Positions 52,089 to 60,394 of a stretch of 64,000 nt of DNA are shown piece after piece. Below the pieces are notes generated by a model that did not search any database, was not told the origin of the DNA, and was given only the letters and a program-made list of their open reading frames with translations. The DNA is from an uncultured Christensenellaceae bacterium (lineage in GTDB: Bacteria > Bacillota > Clostridia > Christensenellales > UBA3700), in the NCBI GenBank assembly GCA_963931165.1, contig OZ006985.1:655900-719899 (forward strand), in the 5' to 3' direction. Positions within the stretch are counted from its first letter, which is position 1; each line of letters begins with the position of its first letter. A program made the position numbers and the translations under genes.

Positions 52089-52307
52089 ATGAAAAAGGTA
52101 TTCAGGCTTCAAGATCTCGATTGCGCCAATTGCGCGGCGAAGATGGAGCGGAACGTCGCCAAGCTTGACGGCGTCAACTCGGTCAGCATCAGCTTTATGA
52201 CTCAGCGCATGGCGATCGACGCGGACGAAAGCCGTTTTGACGAGATCATGGACGAGGTCGTCAAGGTGTGCCGCAAGGTGGAGCCGGACTGCCGCATCGT
52301 CAGGTGA
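52089..52307 (+). CDS. Stand-alone heavy-metal-associated (HMA) domain protein
   Basis: SD is GGGAGG. It carries the CxxC metal site DCANCAAKMERNV. Size is 72 aa. Confidence 0.8.
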   Translation: MKKVFRLQDLDCANCAAKMERNVAKLDGVNSVSISFMTQRMAIDADESRFDEIMDEVVKVCRKVEPDCRIVR

Positions 52308-52314
52308 GGGCGGT

Positions 52315-54225
52315 ATGGACGGCTACAAGATGAGCCGCAAGCAGAGGCGGCAATTGATCCGCATCGTCGTCTGTCTGGCGGCGTTCGCGGTGCTGTTCGC
52401 AGTGGACAGGGTGACGGACGGCTGGGCGGCTATGATCCCCGGGCGGTACGGCTGGCTGTTGGCGTTCGGGCTCTATTTGGCAGTCTATTTGGCGATAGGG
52501 TACGACGTGCTTTGGCGTGCGGTGCGCAACATCGCACACGGACAGGTTTTTGACGAAAACTTTTTGATGTGCATCGCGACTTTGGGCGCGTTCGCCTTGG
52601 CGATCTATCGCGGCGCGACGGGCATGGAGATCGAGGGCTTCGACGAGGCGTGCGCGGTGCTGTTGTTCTATCAGGTGGGCGAGTGGTTCCAGGGCTACGC
52701 GACCGGCAAATCGCGCAAGTCCATCTCGGCGCTGATGGACATCCGTCCCGACAGCGCGGACGTGATCAGAGACGGCGAGGTAGTGACGGTAGACCCGTCC
52801 GAGGTCAAGGTGGGGGAATTCATCCTGATCGATCCGGGCGAAAAGGTGCCGCTCGACGGCACGATCGCAGAGGGCGCGTCGTCGCTCGACACCAAGGCGT
52901 TGACGGGCGAATCGCTTCCGCGCGACGTCGCCGAGGGCGACGCGGTGGTCAGCGGCGCAGTCAACCTTACGTCGCAGCTCAAAGTGCGGGTGGAGAAGGA
53001 GTTTTACGACTCGACTGTCGCCAAGATCCTCGACCTTGTCGAGAACGCCGCCGAGCAAAAATCCAAGGCGGAGAACTTCATCACCAAATTCGCGAGATAC
53101 TACACGCCGGCGGTGGTCGCGGTCGCGTTGCTGTTGGCGGTGATCCCGGGCGCGGTGACGGGCGAGTGGTCGACGTGGGTATACCGCGCGCTCAGCTTCC
53201 TTGTCGTGTCCTGTCCGTGCGCGTTGGTGATCTCGATACCGTTGACCTTCTTTGCGGGCATAGGCGCGGCGTCCAAGCACGGCATTTTGGTCAAGGGTTC
53301 CAACTATCTCGAGCGTTTCGACAAGGCGAACATCTTTGTCTTTGACAAGACGGGCACTTTGACGAAGGGCAACTTCGCGGTGACGGCAGTCGTGCCGGAG
53401 GGCGGCAGAGAGGAGATATTGCGCCTTGCGGCGAGCGCGGAAAAGGACTCGACTCATCCGATCGCTCGCTCGATCGTCGCCGCCTACGGCAAGGAGCCGG
53501 ACGGCGGATACACGTTGACCGACGTCGCCGGCGAGGGCATAGCCGCGACGGGCGAGGGCGGAGAGATCTTGTGCGGCAACGCCAAATTGATGAGGGCGCG
53601 CGGCATAGCCTTCGACGAAGTCGACGCGGTCGGCACCGTCGTCTATGTCGCAAAGGACGGGGCGTACAAGGGCGCGCTCGTCATCGAAGACGAGGTCAAG
53701 TCCGAGTCTGCCGAGGTGATCGGGGGATTGAACGCGCTCGGCTGCCGCACGGTCATGCTCACCGGCGACAATGCGCGCGTCGCAGACAGCGTCGCGGCAA
53801 AGCTGGGCTTGAGCGACGTCAAGTCGTCATTGCTTCCCGGCGACAAGGTCGGCGAGGTCGAAAAGCTGCTTGCCGCCAAGCGCAAAGGCGACGAGTTGTG
53901 CTTTGTCGGCGACGGCATAAATGACGCGCCCGTGTTGATGAGAGCCGATATAGGCATCGCGATGGGCGGCGTCGGCAGCGACGCGGCGATCGAGGCTTCG
54001 GACATCGTGTTGATGAAGGACGACCTGCGCGGTATCCCCACCGCAAAGCGCATCGCGCGCAAGACGATGGCGATCGTCAAGCAAAACATCGTCTTCGCAC
54101 TCGCCGTCAAATTCCTCATCCTCATCCTGTCCGCATTCGGCATCACGAACATGTGGTTCGCCGTGTTCGGGGATGTGGGGGTGGCTGTTTTAGCTATTCT
54201 CAACGCCATGCGCAATCGCGCTTAG
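52315..54225 (+). CDS. Heavy-metal-translocating P1B-type ATPase (Cd/Zn/Co class) lacking a fused N-terminal HMA domain
   Basis: Motifs are CPC (VVSCPCALVISIP), DKTGT (FVFDKTGTLT) and GDGINDAPVL. Confidence 0.9.
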   Translation: MDGYKMSRKQRRQLIRIVVCLAAFAVLFAVDRVTDGWAAMIPGRYGWLLAFGLYLAVYLAIGYDVLWRAVRNIAHGQVFDENFLMCIATLGAFALAIYRGATGMEIEGFDEACAVLLFYQVGEWFQGYATGKSRKSISALMDIRPDSADVIRDGEVVTVDPSEVKVGEFILIDPGEKVPLDGTIAEGASSLDTKALTGESLPRDVAEGDAVVSGAVNLTSQLKVRVEKEFYDSTVAKILDLVENAAEQKSKAENFITKFARYYTPAVVAVALLLAVIPGAVTGEWSTWVYRALSFLVVSCPCALVISIPLTFFAGIGAASKHGILVKGSNYLERFDKANIFVFDKTGTLTKGNFAVTAVVPEGGREEILRLAASAEKDSTHPIARSIVAAYGKEPDGGYTLTDVAGEGIAATGEGGEILCGNAKLMRARGIAFDEVDAVGTVVYVAKDGAYKGALVIEDEVKSESAEVIGGLNALGCRTVMLTGDNARVADSVAAKLGLSDVKSSLLPGDKVGEVEKLLAAKRKGDELCFVGDGINDAPVLMRADIGIAMGGVGSDAAIEASDIVLMKDDLRGIPTAKRIARKTMAIVKQNIVFALAVKFLILILSAFGITNMWFAVFGDVGVAVLAILNAMRNRA

Positions 54226-54361
54226 CCGCGGATAGCGGCACATCTTCGCTCCGTTCGGAACGTCTCGTCGGCTGACCGTGTACGTTTTAGTACACTGGGT
54301 CGCCGCCTCGCAACCCGAACGGAGCGAATCTGCACCACTCTTCACGGCTAAGCGCGATTGC
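54212..54361. repeat. 17-bp perfect inverted repeat pairing the ATPase stop-codon region with downstream DNA
   Basis: GCAATCGCGCTTAGCCG (54212-54228, includes the TAG stop) versus CGGCTAAGCGCGATTGC (54345-54361). The antisense arm recurs at 54439-54455 and, with 15 of 17 identity, at 54533-54549. Confidence 0.8.
54250..54339. repeat. 90-bp palindrome-containing insertion relative to the repeat-unit consensus
   Basis: It is bounded by CTTCGC (54244-54249) and CTTCAC (54340-54345). An 11-bp perfect inverted repeat is present: GCTCCGTTCGG (54248-54258) and CCGAACGGAGC (54315-54325). An inner GTGTAC/GTACAC stem is also present. Confidence 0.6.
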
Positions 54362-54577
54362 CGGATCTATCGGTTTGTGCGGTCGAGACACGCGCCTCGG
54401 AACTTGTGGTAAGGCGCGCGGATAGCGGCACATCTTCACGGCTAAGCGCGATTGCCGGATCTATCGGTTTGTGCGGTCGAGGCACGCGCCTCGGAACTTG
54501 GGGTAAGGCGCGCGGATAGCGGCACATCTTCGCGGCTAAGCGCGATTGCGTGATCTATCGTTTTGCGTGGTCGGGAA
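54345..54577 (+). repeat. Tandem repeat, 94-bp unit, about 2.5 copies
   Basis: Units are 54345-54438 and 54439-54532 (3 mismatches between them), plus a degenerate partial third copy from 54533. There are no unique spacers. Confidence 0.85.
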
Positions 54578-54870
54578 AGGTGTCTCAAAGCAAGGCAGAC
54601 GAGAGGACAGAGCCGCGCCTTTTTCAAATTTTGCGTAAATTCGCGAATAATTTTTTTTGGTCGAAAATTTTTACATTCTTTGTCAACCGGAGTCGAGAGC
54701 TATGCGCCGCTTGACTTTTTTGCCTTGTACGCAAACGGAAGAGGGCGGATTTTGGTGTAAATTGATAACTGTCGGACAAATAGCCCGATTTTGGTAAAGT
54801 GTTCGATTGACTTTTACGGCGCGCATATGTCAAAATATTAACGATAAAGTATGATTAGGAGATACACAAC

Positions 54871-57800
54871 ATGTCAAAGCGGATTTTCGCGCTCATTGCG
54901 CTTGCGGCGGTCTTTGCGCTCACATTGACAGGCTGTTCGCTCTTCGGCGGCGGCGACGGTGACGGAGGCGGCGACGGCGGCGACGGAGGCGGCACAGGGA
55001 CCGCCGCCGATTCGGTGGCGATCACCTATATGGCTGACGGCGAGTTGTTTTTGAAACAGGTCGTCGGTCCTAACACCACCGAGACGACGTCGCGCCCTTA
55101 CAAGGCGGGATACACGTTTACGGGGTGGTACGCGGACGAGGCGTGCACGCAGCTTTTCGATTTCGACGCCTACTTCGCTTCGCAGGAAAAGGCGGACGTG
55201 ACCGTCTACGCCGGTTTTGAAGAGGTCGTTGCGACTGTCGTCGCGATCGTCTACATGTCCGACGACGTACAATTCGAGACGCAGATCGTCGAAGACGGCG
55301 TCACCGCGCCCACGTCGAGGAGACCGGGCAAGGCGGGGTTCAGGTTTACCGGCTGGTACGCGGACGAGGAGTGTACGCAGCTTTTCGATTTCGACGCCTA
55401 TTTCGCGCAGGATGAAAAGACGAGCGTGATCGTCTATGCCGGATTCGAGGTGGACGAAGACGCGATCATACAGATCATATATTATGTAGACGGCAATGTC
55501 GCGCATACGCAGAACGTGACGGCGCAGACGACGTCGTCCGATGCGGATGCGCCGCACAAAGCAGGTCACAAGTTCACCGGATGGTATGCGGACGCGGCGT
55601 GCACGAAGCTTTTCGATTTCGGCGCCTATTTCAAGTCATCCCCAAGGAATACCGTTTCGGTCTACGCCGGTTTCGATGAGATCGCCGACGTACGTTTGCA
55701 TTACAGCGTGGACGGAGAGATCGTGCACACCCAAACGGTCGCGTACGACACGACGGCGTCCGATTTTGCGGATCCCGTCGAGGTCGGCTACGAGTTCATA
55801 GGCTGGTTTGCTGACGCGGCGTGCGAAACGCCGTTCGATTTCGAGAGTTATTTCGCTCAAACGGACAAGGCGACGGAGACGACCGTCTATGCGGGGTTTG
55901 AGGAGATCATCGAGATCTTCTACTATTTCGACGGCAAGCTGACTTGGACGCAGGTGGTGAGTGACGATACGGCAGACGCGATCCCCAATGAGCCGGGCAA
56001 AGCGGGCTACAGCTTTGCCGGTTGGTACGACGGCGAGGGCGCCGACGCGCAGAAGTTCGACTTTGAGGCATATTTCGCCGATCCCGACAAGACAGACGTC
56101 AAAGTCTATGCGCACTTTGAGCGGATCGCCGAGGACGCGGTGCAGATCTTCTATTTTGCGGACGGACAGCCGTGGCTCACGCAGGTCGTCGAGGGCGACG
56201 TAGTGACTCCGGCGACCGTCGACGATCCCGTCAAAGAGGGCTATGTCTTTGCCGGTTGGTACGAGGACGCGGCTTTCGAGACCGCGTTCGATCTCGAGGC
56301 GTTCATCGCGCGGCAGGACAAGACCGACATCACCGTATACGCGCGCTTCGACGTCGTCACCGTCACGCTGACGTTTATGTCGCAGGGCGTTGTCCACGAC
56401 TCCGTCGACGTCACGATCGAGTCCGGCGAACCGGATGTGGCGGATCCCGTCAAGAGCGGTTACGAGTTCATCGGCTGGTTCGAAGACGAGGCGTGCGCAA
56501 CTCCGTTCGACTATCGCGAATATTTTTCGGACCGCTTTGTTGAGGGCGCGGCGGACGTGACCGTCTATGCCGGCTTTGCCCGCATAGCGACGATCACCTA
56601 TCTTGCCGACGACGCGTTGCCCGCCACTCAGACCCAGCCCGTGATGAGCGCGACCGACGCGCCGACCGCGCAGACGCCGTCCAAGCCGGGCTATGACTTT
56701 GTCGGATGGTATCTCGAAGGAGAGGAAAAACAATTCGACTTCAAGGCATATTTCGAGTCTGACGCTGAGAGGCAGGACGTCACGCTCCATGCGCGGTTTG
56801 AGGTGAGGACGGTGTACATTTGGTATTATGCCGATCCGTCGTCCGACGAGCGCTTCCATACTCAACCGGTCACGATCGACACCAAAGAGGAGTACGGAGC
56901 GGTGCCGACCAAACAGGGGTATGTTTTCAAGGCGTGGTACACGACGCCCGAGTGCGTCGAAGAATTCGACTTCGACGACTACTTTGCAGATCCCGACAAA
57001 CAGAGCGTAAGCGTCTATGCCGGCTACGAGAGAGCGGCGCTGACCACGGTCATCACCTATTATGTAGACGGCGTTCAGTTCGCTCAGCAATCCGTCACGA
57101 GCGTCGACGATCCGCAGTTCAACGGAAAGCCTGTCAAATTCGCCCACAAGTTCAAGGGATGGTACGAGGACAAGGAGTGCACGACGGCGTTCGAGTACGA
57201 CAAGTTTATGACGTCGAGCGACAGAGGCGCGACCAAGAGCGTCTACGCGGGCTTCGAGCTGAGCGTCGACCACATCGACGAGGACGGCGACGGCATTTGC
57301 GACATCGACGGACACAGCGACAAGGTGCTTGTCTACACCGACAACAGCGGTCTCGAACTGTTCGACTACCGCATCGGCTACATCTCGGACAACGCCGCCA
57401 ACAATTCCGTAAACTTGGCGCAGGCGATCCCCGGCGGCAGTGACTTCACCCTTGTCGGCGGCGACGGCTATGTTACGTTGAACGGCAACACTCTCACAGC
57501 GATCGAGGCGACCCCGACCACCACGACGGTTCGCTTGAAGTATATCGCCGACAGCCGCAACGGCGCAAAGATCGCCAAGACCGTCAACCTTCATGTTCTC
57601 AACGGCTATACCAATGTTTCGGGCGATTGGAGCAAACTATATGGTGCGATCATGCAGTCCGGAGACGTGCGCAACGTCGTCGTTCAATCGGCGATGACGT
57701 CGCCCGCGGATGCGCAAAAGAGCAACGGGTTTGTGTTTATCGATTACGATTATGATATTTCGCTGGATAACAGAAAGTATCCCGAAGCCGGTCCGTCTCC

Positions 57801-58584
57801 GTACACGCTCAATCTATATGGCAACGCACTCAAATGGGATGTCAGTTCGATGATAATGAAAGGTATAGACATTTTCCGCATCGAGTGGATCGCGAAGACG
57901 ATCAACATCACCGACGTCCACATGTTCGGAGGTACCAACGTCGCGTCGGCGACCGGCGCGTATTTCGTCGCAAACGGTTCGACCGTGCCGACCACGCCCG
58001 TATTCAACGTCACACATTGCTTGACGGATAACGGCTTACAGCACTATCGCGTGGGATCGAGCTCGGTAAACATCAAGAACAGCATACACATAAATTCTCA
58101 TGACGCGGTGATCAAAGCCGGATCCAAAAGTGGGCCTGGCAACAATATAGTCATCGAAAATTCGGTTCTTGCCAATTCAGATACGTCCGCGATCCTGATT
58201 TGGGGTGTGTCCTCGAACATCCAATTCAAAGGATTTGCAGACGTCTACAATTGGAAGGACAGAGACGATCCCAAGGTGATTATAGACGAGGAGGTGATCA
58301 AAAACAGCGAAATAAAGAAAGAACTTCAAAACAGCAAGTTCGATCAATATTTTGTCGGCAGCGGAGGCAAAGATTATACAAACCTGGTGGCGCTGCGCAT
58401 CGATATAGATGCGAATATCACCGATAACGCAGGAATGGGTATTGTCACGGCAGAATACACGAAAAAACTTGGATTTATTCCGCTTGGCACGGCATATCTC
58501 ACATTGATCAACAAGGGAGATCCGCTTGCGACGATGTATGACAACCCCTCTCTCAACTACGAACTCAACTTCGGCAGAAGCTGA
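54871..58584 (+). CDS. Giant surface lipoprotein: lipobox signal peptide, Gly/Asp linker, about 11 Listeria-Bacteroides (Flg_new) repeats and a C-terminal beta-helix-like domain
   Basis: SD is AGGAG. The lipobox is ALTLTGC. The linker is GGGDGDGGGDGGDGGG. A repeated unit is seen (AGYTFTGWYADEACTQLFDFDAYF....DVTVYAGFEE). The C-terminus carries VNIKNSIHINSHDAVIKAGS..NNIVIENSVLANS. Confidence 0.85.
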   Translation: MSKRIFALIALAAVFALTLTGCSLFGGGDGDGGGDGGDGGGTGTAADSVAITYMADGELFLKQVVGPNTTETTSRPYKAGYTFTGWYADEACTQLFDFDAYFASQEKADVTVYAGFEEVVATVVAIVYMSDDVQFETQIVEDGVTAPTSRRPGKAGFRFTGWYADEECTQLFDFDAYFAQDEKTSVIVYAGFEVDEDAIIQIIYYVDGNVAHTQNVTAQTTSSDADAPHKAGHKFTGWYADAACTKLFDFGAYFKSSPRNTVSVYAGFDEIADVRLHYSVDGEIVHTQTVAYDTTASDFADPVEVGYEFIGWFADAACETPFDFESYFAQTDKATETTVYAGFEEIIEIFYYFDGKLTWTQVVSDDTADAIPNEPGKAGYSFAGWYDGEGADAQKFDFEAYFADPDKTDVKVYAHFERIAEDAVQIFYFADGQPWLTQVVEGDVVTPATVDDPVKEGYVFAGWYEDAAFETAFDLEAFIARQDKTDITVYARFDVVTVTLTFMSQGVVHDSVDVTIESGEPDVADPVKSGYEFIGWFEDEACATPFDYREYFSDRFVEGAADVTVYAGFARIATITYLADDALPATQTQPVMSATDAPTAQTPSKPGYDFVGWYLEGEEKQFDFKAYFESDAERQDVTLHARFEVRTVYIWYYADPSSDERFHTQPVTIDTKEEYGAVPTKQGYVFKAWYTTPECVEEFDFDDYFADPDKQSVSVYAGYERAALTTVITYYVDGVQFAQQSVTSVDDPQFNGKPVKFAHKFKGWYEDKECTTAFEYDKFMTSSDRGATKSVYAGFELSVDHIDEDGDGICDIDGHSDKVLVYTDNSGLELFDYRIGYISDNAANNSVNLAQAIPGGSDFTLVGGDGYVTLNGNTLTAIEATPTTTTVRLKYIADSRNGAKIAKTVNLHVLNGYTNVSGDWSKLYGAIMQSGDVRNVVVQSAMTSPADAQKSNGFVFIDYDYDISLDNRKYPEAGPSPYTLNLYGNALKWDVSSMIMKGIDIFRIEWIAKTINITDVHMFGGTNVASATGAYFVANGSTVPTTPVFNVTHCLTDNGLQHYRVGSSSVNIKNSIHINSHDAVIKAGSKSGPGNNIVIENSVLANSDTSAILIWGVSSNIQFKGFADVYNWKDRDDPKVIIDEEVIKNSEIKKELQNSKFDQYFVGSGGKDYTNLVALRIDIDANITDNAGMGIVTAEYTKKLGFIPLGTAYLTLINKGDPLATMYDNPSLNYELNFGRS

Positions 58585-58604
58585 ACGTGATCAACAACAG
58601 CTAT

Positions 58605-58637
58605 ACGGGACGCCTTCGGGCGTCCCGTCCTGTTTGA
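58605..58637 (+). terminator. Terminator of the lipoprotein gene
   Basis: ACGGGACGCC-TTCG-GGCGTCCCGT 10-bp stem followed by CCTGTTT. Confidence 0.65.
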
Positions 58638-58726
58638 GCGGCGCAAAACCTGCAAAGGACTTGCGCAGTTGTTTTGACTCGCCGTCCGCGAGGGACGGTT
58701 TGCTCGCCTCTGCGGCGCCGTTCAAA

Positions 58727-58773
58727 TTGAAAACTTTTCCCGTTTTTGGCAAAAGTTTTCAATTTCGCTTTTT
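58727..58773 (+). repeat. AT-rich hairpin repeat, copy 1
   Basis: TTGAAAACTTTT-cccgtttttggc-AAAAGTTTTCAA followed by TTTCGCTTTTT. Confidence 0.75.
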
Positions 58774-58838
58774 GAACTTGTCGTGATCTTGCCGAAATTT
58801 TCATATACAGTAACGATTTTTCCGTTTTTACACGAAAC

Positions 58839-58884
58839 TGAAAACTTTTCCTGTTTTTGACAAAAGTTTTCAATTTCACTTTTT
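58839..58884 (+). repeat. AT-rich hairpin repeat, copy 2
   Basis: TGAAAACTTTT-cctgtttttgac-AAAAGTTTTCA followed by ATTTCACTTTTT. Confidence 0.75.
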
Positions 58885-59155
58885 ACTTATACTGCACATT
58901 AGTTAAAGTTATATAAATGCATTTCGTTGTGCAAAGAGCTGGTGTGGGCAATGTCGGATTGTCCGCGATCATGACGGCATATTGACGGTGAACGCGATCG
59001 ACTTCTTGATGGGCGGAGAGCTGTGAGCGCTCCGCCCGAGAGGGCAGGACGAGGGGAGTGGGCGCAAAATAATACCCAAATCGCGCCGAAATGTTACTTT
59101 AATAAAAATTTTACATAAATTTTACATTTCGAAAAAACTTTTTTGCTCAAATCGT

Positions 59156-59184
59156 TTGACTTAACTTTTTCCTTTTTATATAAT
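59156..59184 (+). promoter_or_regulatory. Consensus sigma-A promoter of the S10 operon with an A/T-rich UP-like region
   Basis: TTGACT-N17-TATAAT. Positions 59101-59147 are A/T tracts. Confidence 0.6.
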
Positions 59185-59371
59185 CTCAAATGCACGCTGC
59201 AAAGGGGTGAAGCATAAGGTTACCGGACGCGGAGAACTTATGCGGACAAATGTCCGAACGATCGGGCGACTAACGGAGGCGGACTGCCCGCCTTTTAAAA
59301 TTGCGGCGATGCGGAACACACGGCTGCGTGAAATGCGCGTCGAAAAAAGTTAGGAAAAAGGAGAACGAAAA
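59185..59371 (+). promoter_or_regulatory. Structured S10-operon leader with an internal terminator-like hairpin
   Basis: GCATAAG/CTTATGC stem (59210-59244), GGACA-AA-TGTCC, and GGCGG-ACTGC-CCGCC followed by TTTT (59278-59296). Confidence 0.4.
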
Positions 59372-59680
59372 ATGGCAGGACTCATCATCAGGATCAGGCT
59401 CAGAGCCTACGATCACAATCTCATCGACGAAGCTGCAAGCAAGATCGTCGAGACCGTCACCAGATGCGGCGTCAAAGTGGGCGGACCCATTCCGCTCCCG
59501 ACCGAGAAAGAGGTCGTGACGATACTTCGCGCGGTGCACAAGGACAAGGACAGCCGCGAGCAGTTCGAACTGCGCACGCACAAGAGGCTGATCGACATTT
59601 ACAGCCCGACCAAGGCTGCGATGACCGCGCTGGAGAAGCTCAGCTTGCCCGCAGGTGTGGACATCAAGATCAAATTCTAA
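59372..59680 (+). CDS. rpsJ: 30S ribosomal protein S10
   Basis: [24 protein letters not shown]. Confidence 0.97.
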   Translation: MAGLIIRIRLRAYDHNLIDEAASKIVETVTRCGVKVGGPIPLPTEKEVVTILRAVHKDKDSREQFELRTHKRLIDIYSPTKAAMTALEKLSLPAGVDIKIKF

Positions 59681-59735
59681 TAATAGATGATACGGCCGCG
59701 CGAGCGGCAGAGAATATCGGAGGTGAACTTTATCT

Positions 59736-60380
59736 ATGAATAAAGCAATCATTGGAAAGAAACTCGGGATGAGCCAAGTCTTCACCGAAGACGGCATAGT
59801 GATCCCGGTCACGGTCGTGGAGGCAGGTCCCTGCCCCGTCGTTCAAAAGAAGACCGTGGACAAGGACGGCTACGACGCCGTACAGGTGGCGTTCGGCTCT
59901 TACAAGGACGACAAGAGAGCGGACAAGCTGACCAACAAGCCCTTGAAGGGCCACTACGCGAAGGCGGGCGTCAAGCCGATGCGCACTCTCAAAGAGTTCA
60001 GGCTGGATGACTGCGCGGCGTATGAAGTTGGCGGCGCGATCACCTGCGACGTGTTCGCGGCGGGCGACAAGGTCGACGTTGTCGGCACCAGCAAGGGTCA
60101 CGGTTTCACCGGTGCGATCAAGAGATGGAACCAGCATTGCGGACCCATGGCTCACGGTTCCGGTTACCACAGAGGCGTCGGTTCTCTGAGCGCAAACTCG
60201 ACTCCGTCGAGGGTGTTCAAGAACAAGAAGATGTCCGGACATTGGGGCAACGAGCGCGTCACGGTTCAGAATCTGACCGTGGTCAAGGTCGACAAGGATC
60301 GCAACCTGATCCTCGTCAAGGGCGCTGTTCCGGGTCCCAAGGGCGGCACGGTCGTCGTCAAGACGTCCAGCAAGGCGTAA
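59736..60380 (+). CDS. rplC: 50S ribosomal protein L3
   Basis: [16 protein letters not shown], plus [10 protein letters not shown]. Confidence 0.97.
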   Translation: MNKAIIGKKLGMSQVFTEDGIVIPVTVVEAGPCPVVQKKTVDKDGYDAVQVAFGSYKDDKRADKLTNKPLKGHYAKAGVKPMRTLKEFRLDDCAAYEVGGAITCDVFAAGDKVDVVGTSKGHGFTGAIKRWNQHCGPMAHGSGYHRGVGSLSANSTPSRVFKNKKMSGHWGNERVTVQNLTVVKVDKDRNLILVKGAVPGPKGGTVVVKTSSKA

Positions 60381-60394
60381 GGAGATCAAGAGAT

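Noticed and set aside
54227-54345. tRNA-like or other small structured RNA gene (the segment ends in …GCACCAC)
   Set aside because: There is no T-loop (GTTCRANYC) or D-loop consensus, and no 7-bp acceptor pairing. The apparent symmetry is partly mirror-type rather than complementary.
54227-54577. The repeat region downstream of the P-type ATPase as a CRISPR array
   Set aside because: The repeated units are contiguous, forming a 94-bp tandem repeat at ~97% identity. No unique spacers separate short repeats, and no cas genes are in the window.
58601-58879. Minus-strand 92-aa ORF (…KLKTFVKNRKSFQF…KLKTFAKNGKSFQFE…)
   Set aside because: Its internal repeat is simply the translation of the twin AT-rich hairpin elements. 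It overlaps the lipoprotein terminator and has no SD.
58907-59026. GC-richer start-less reading frame ending …CAKSWCGQCRIVRDHDGILTVNAIDFLMGGEL* upstream of the S10 promoter
   Set aside because: There is no start codon or SD, and a stop lies immediately upstream at 58904. At most it is the 3' remnant of a lost gene, and it is too short to assign.
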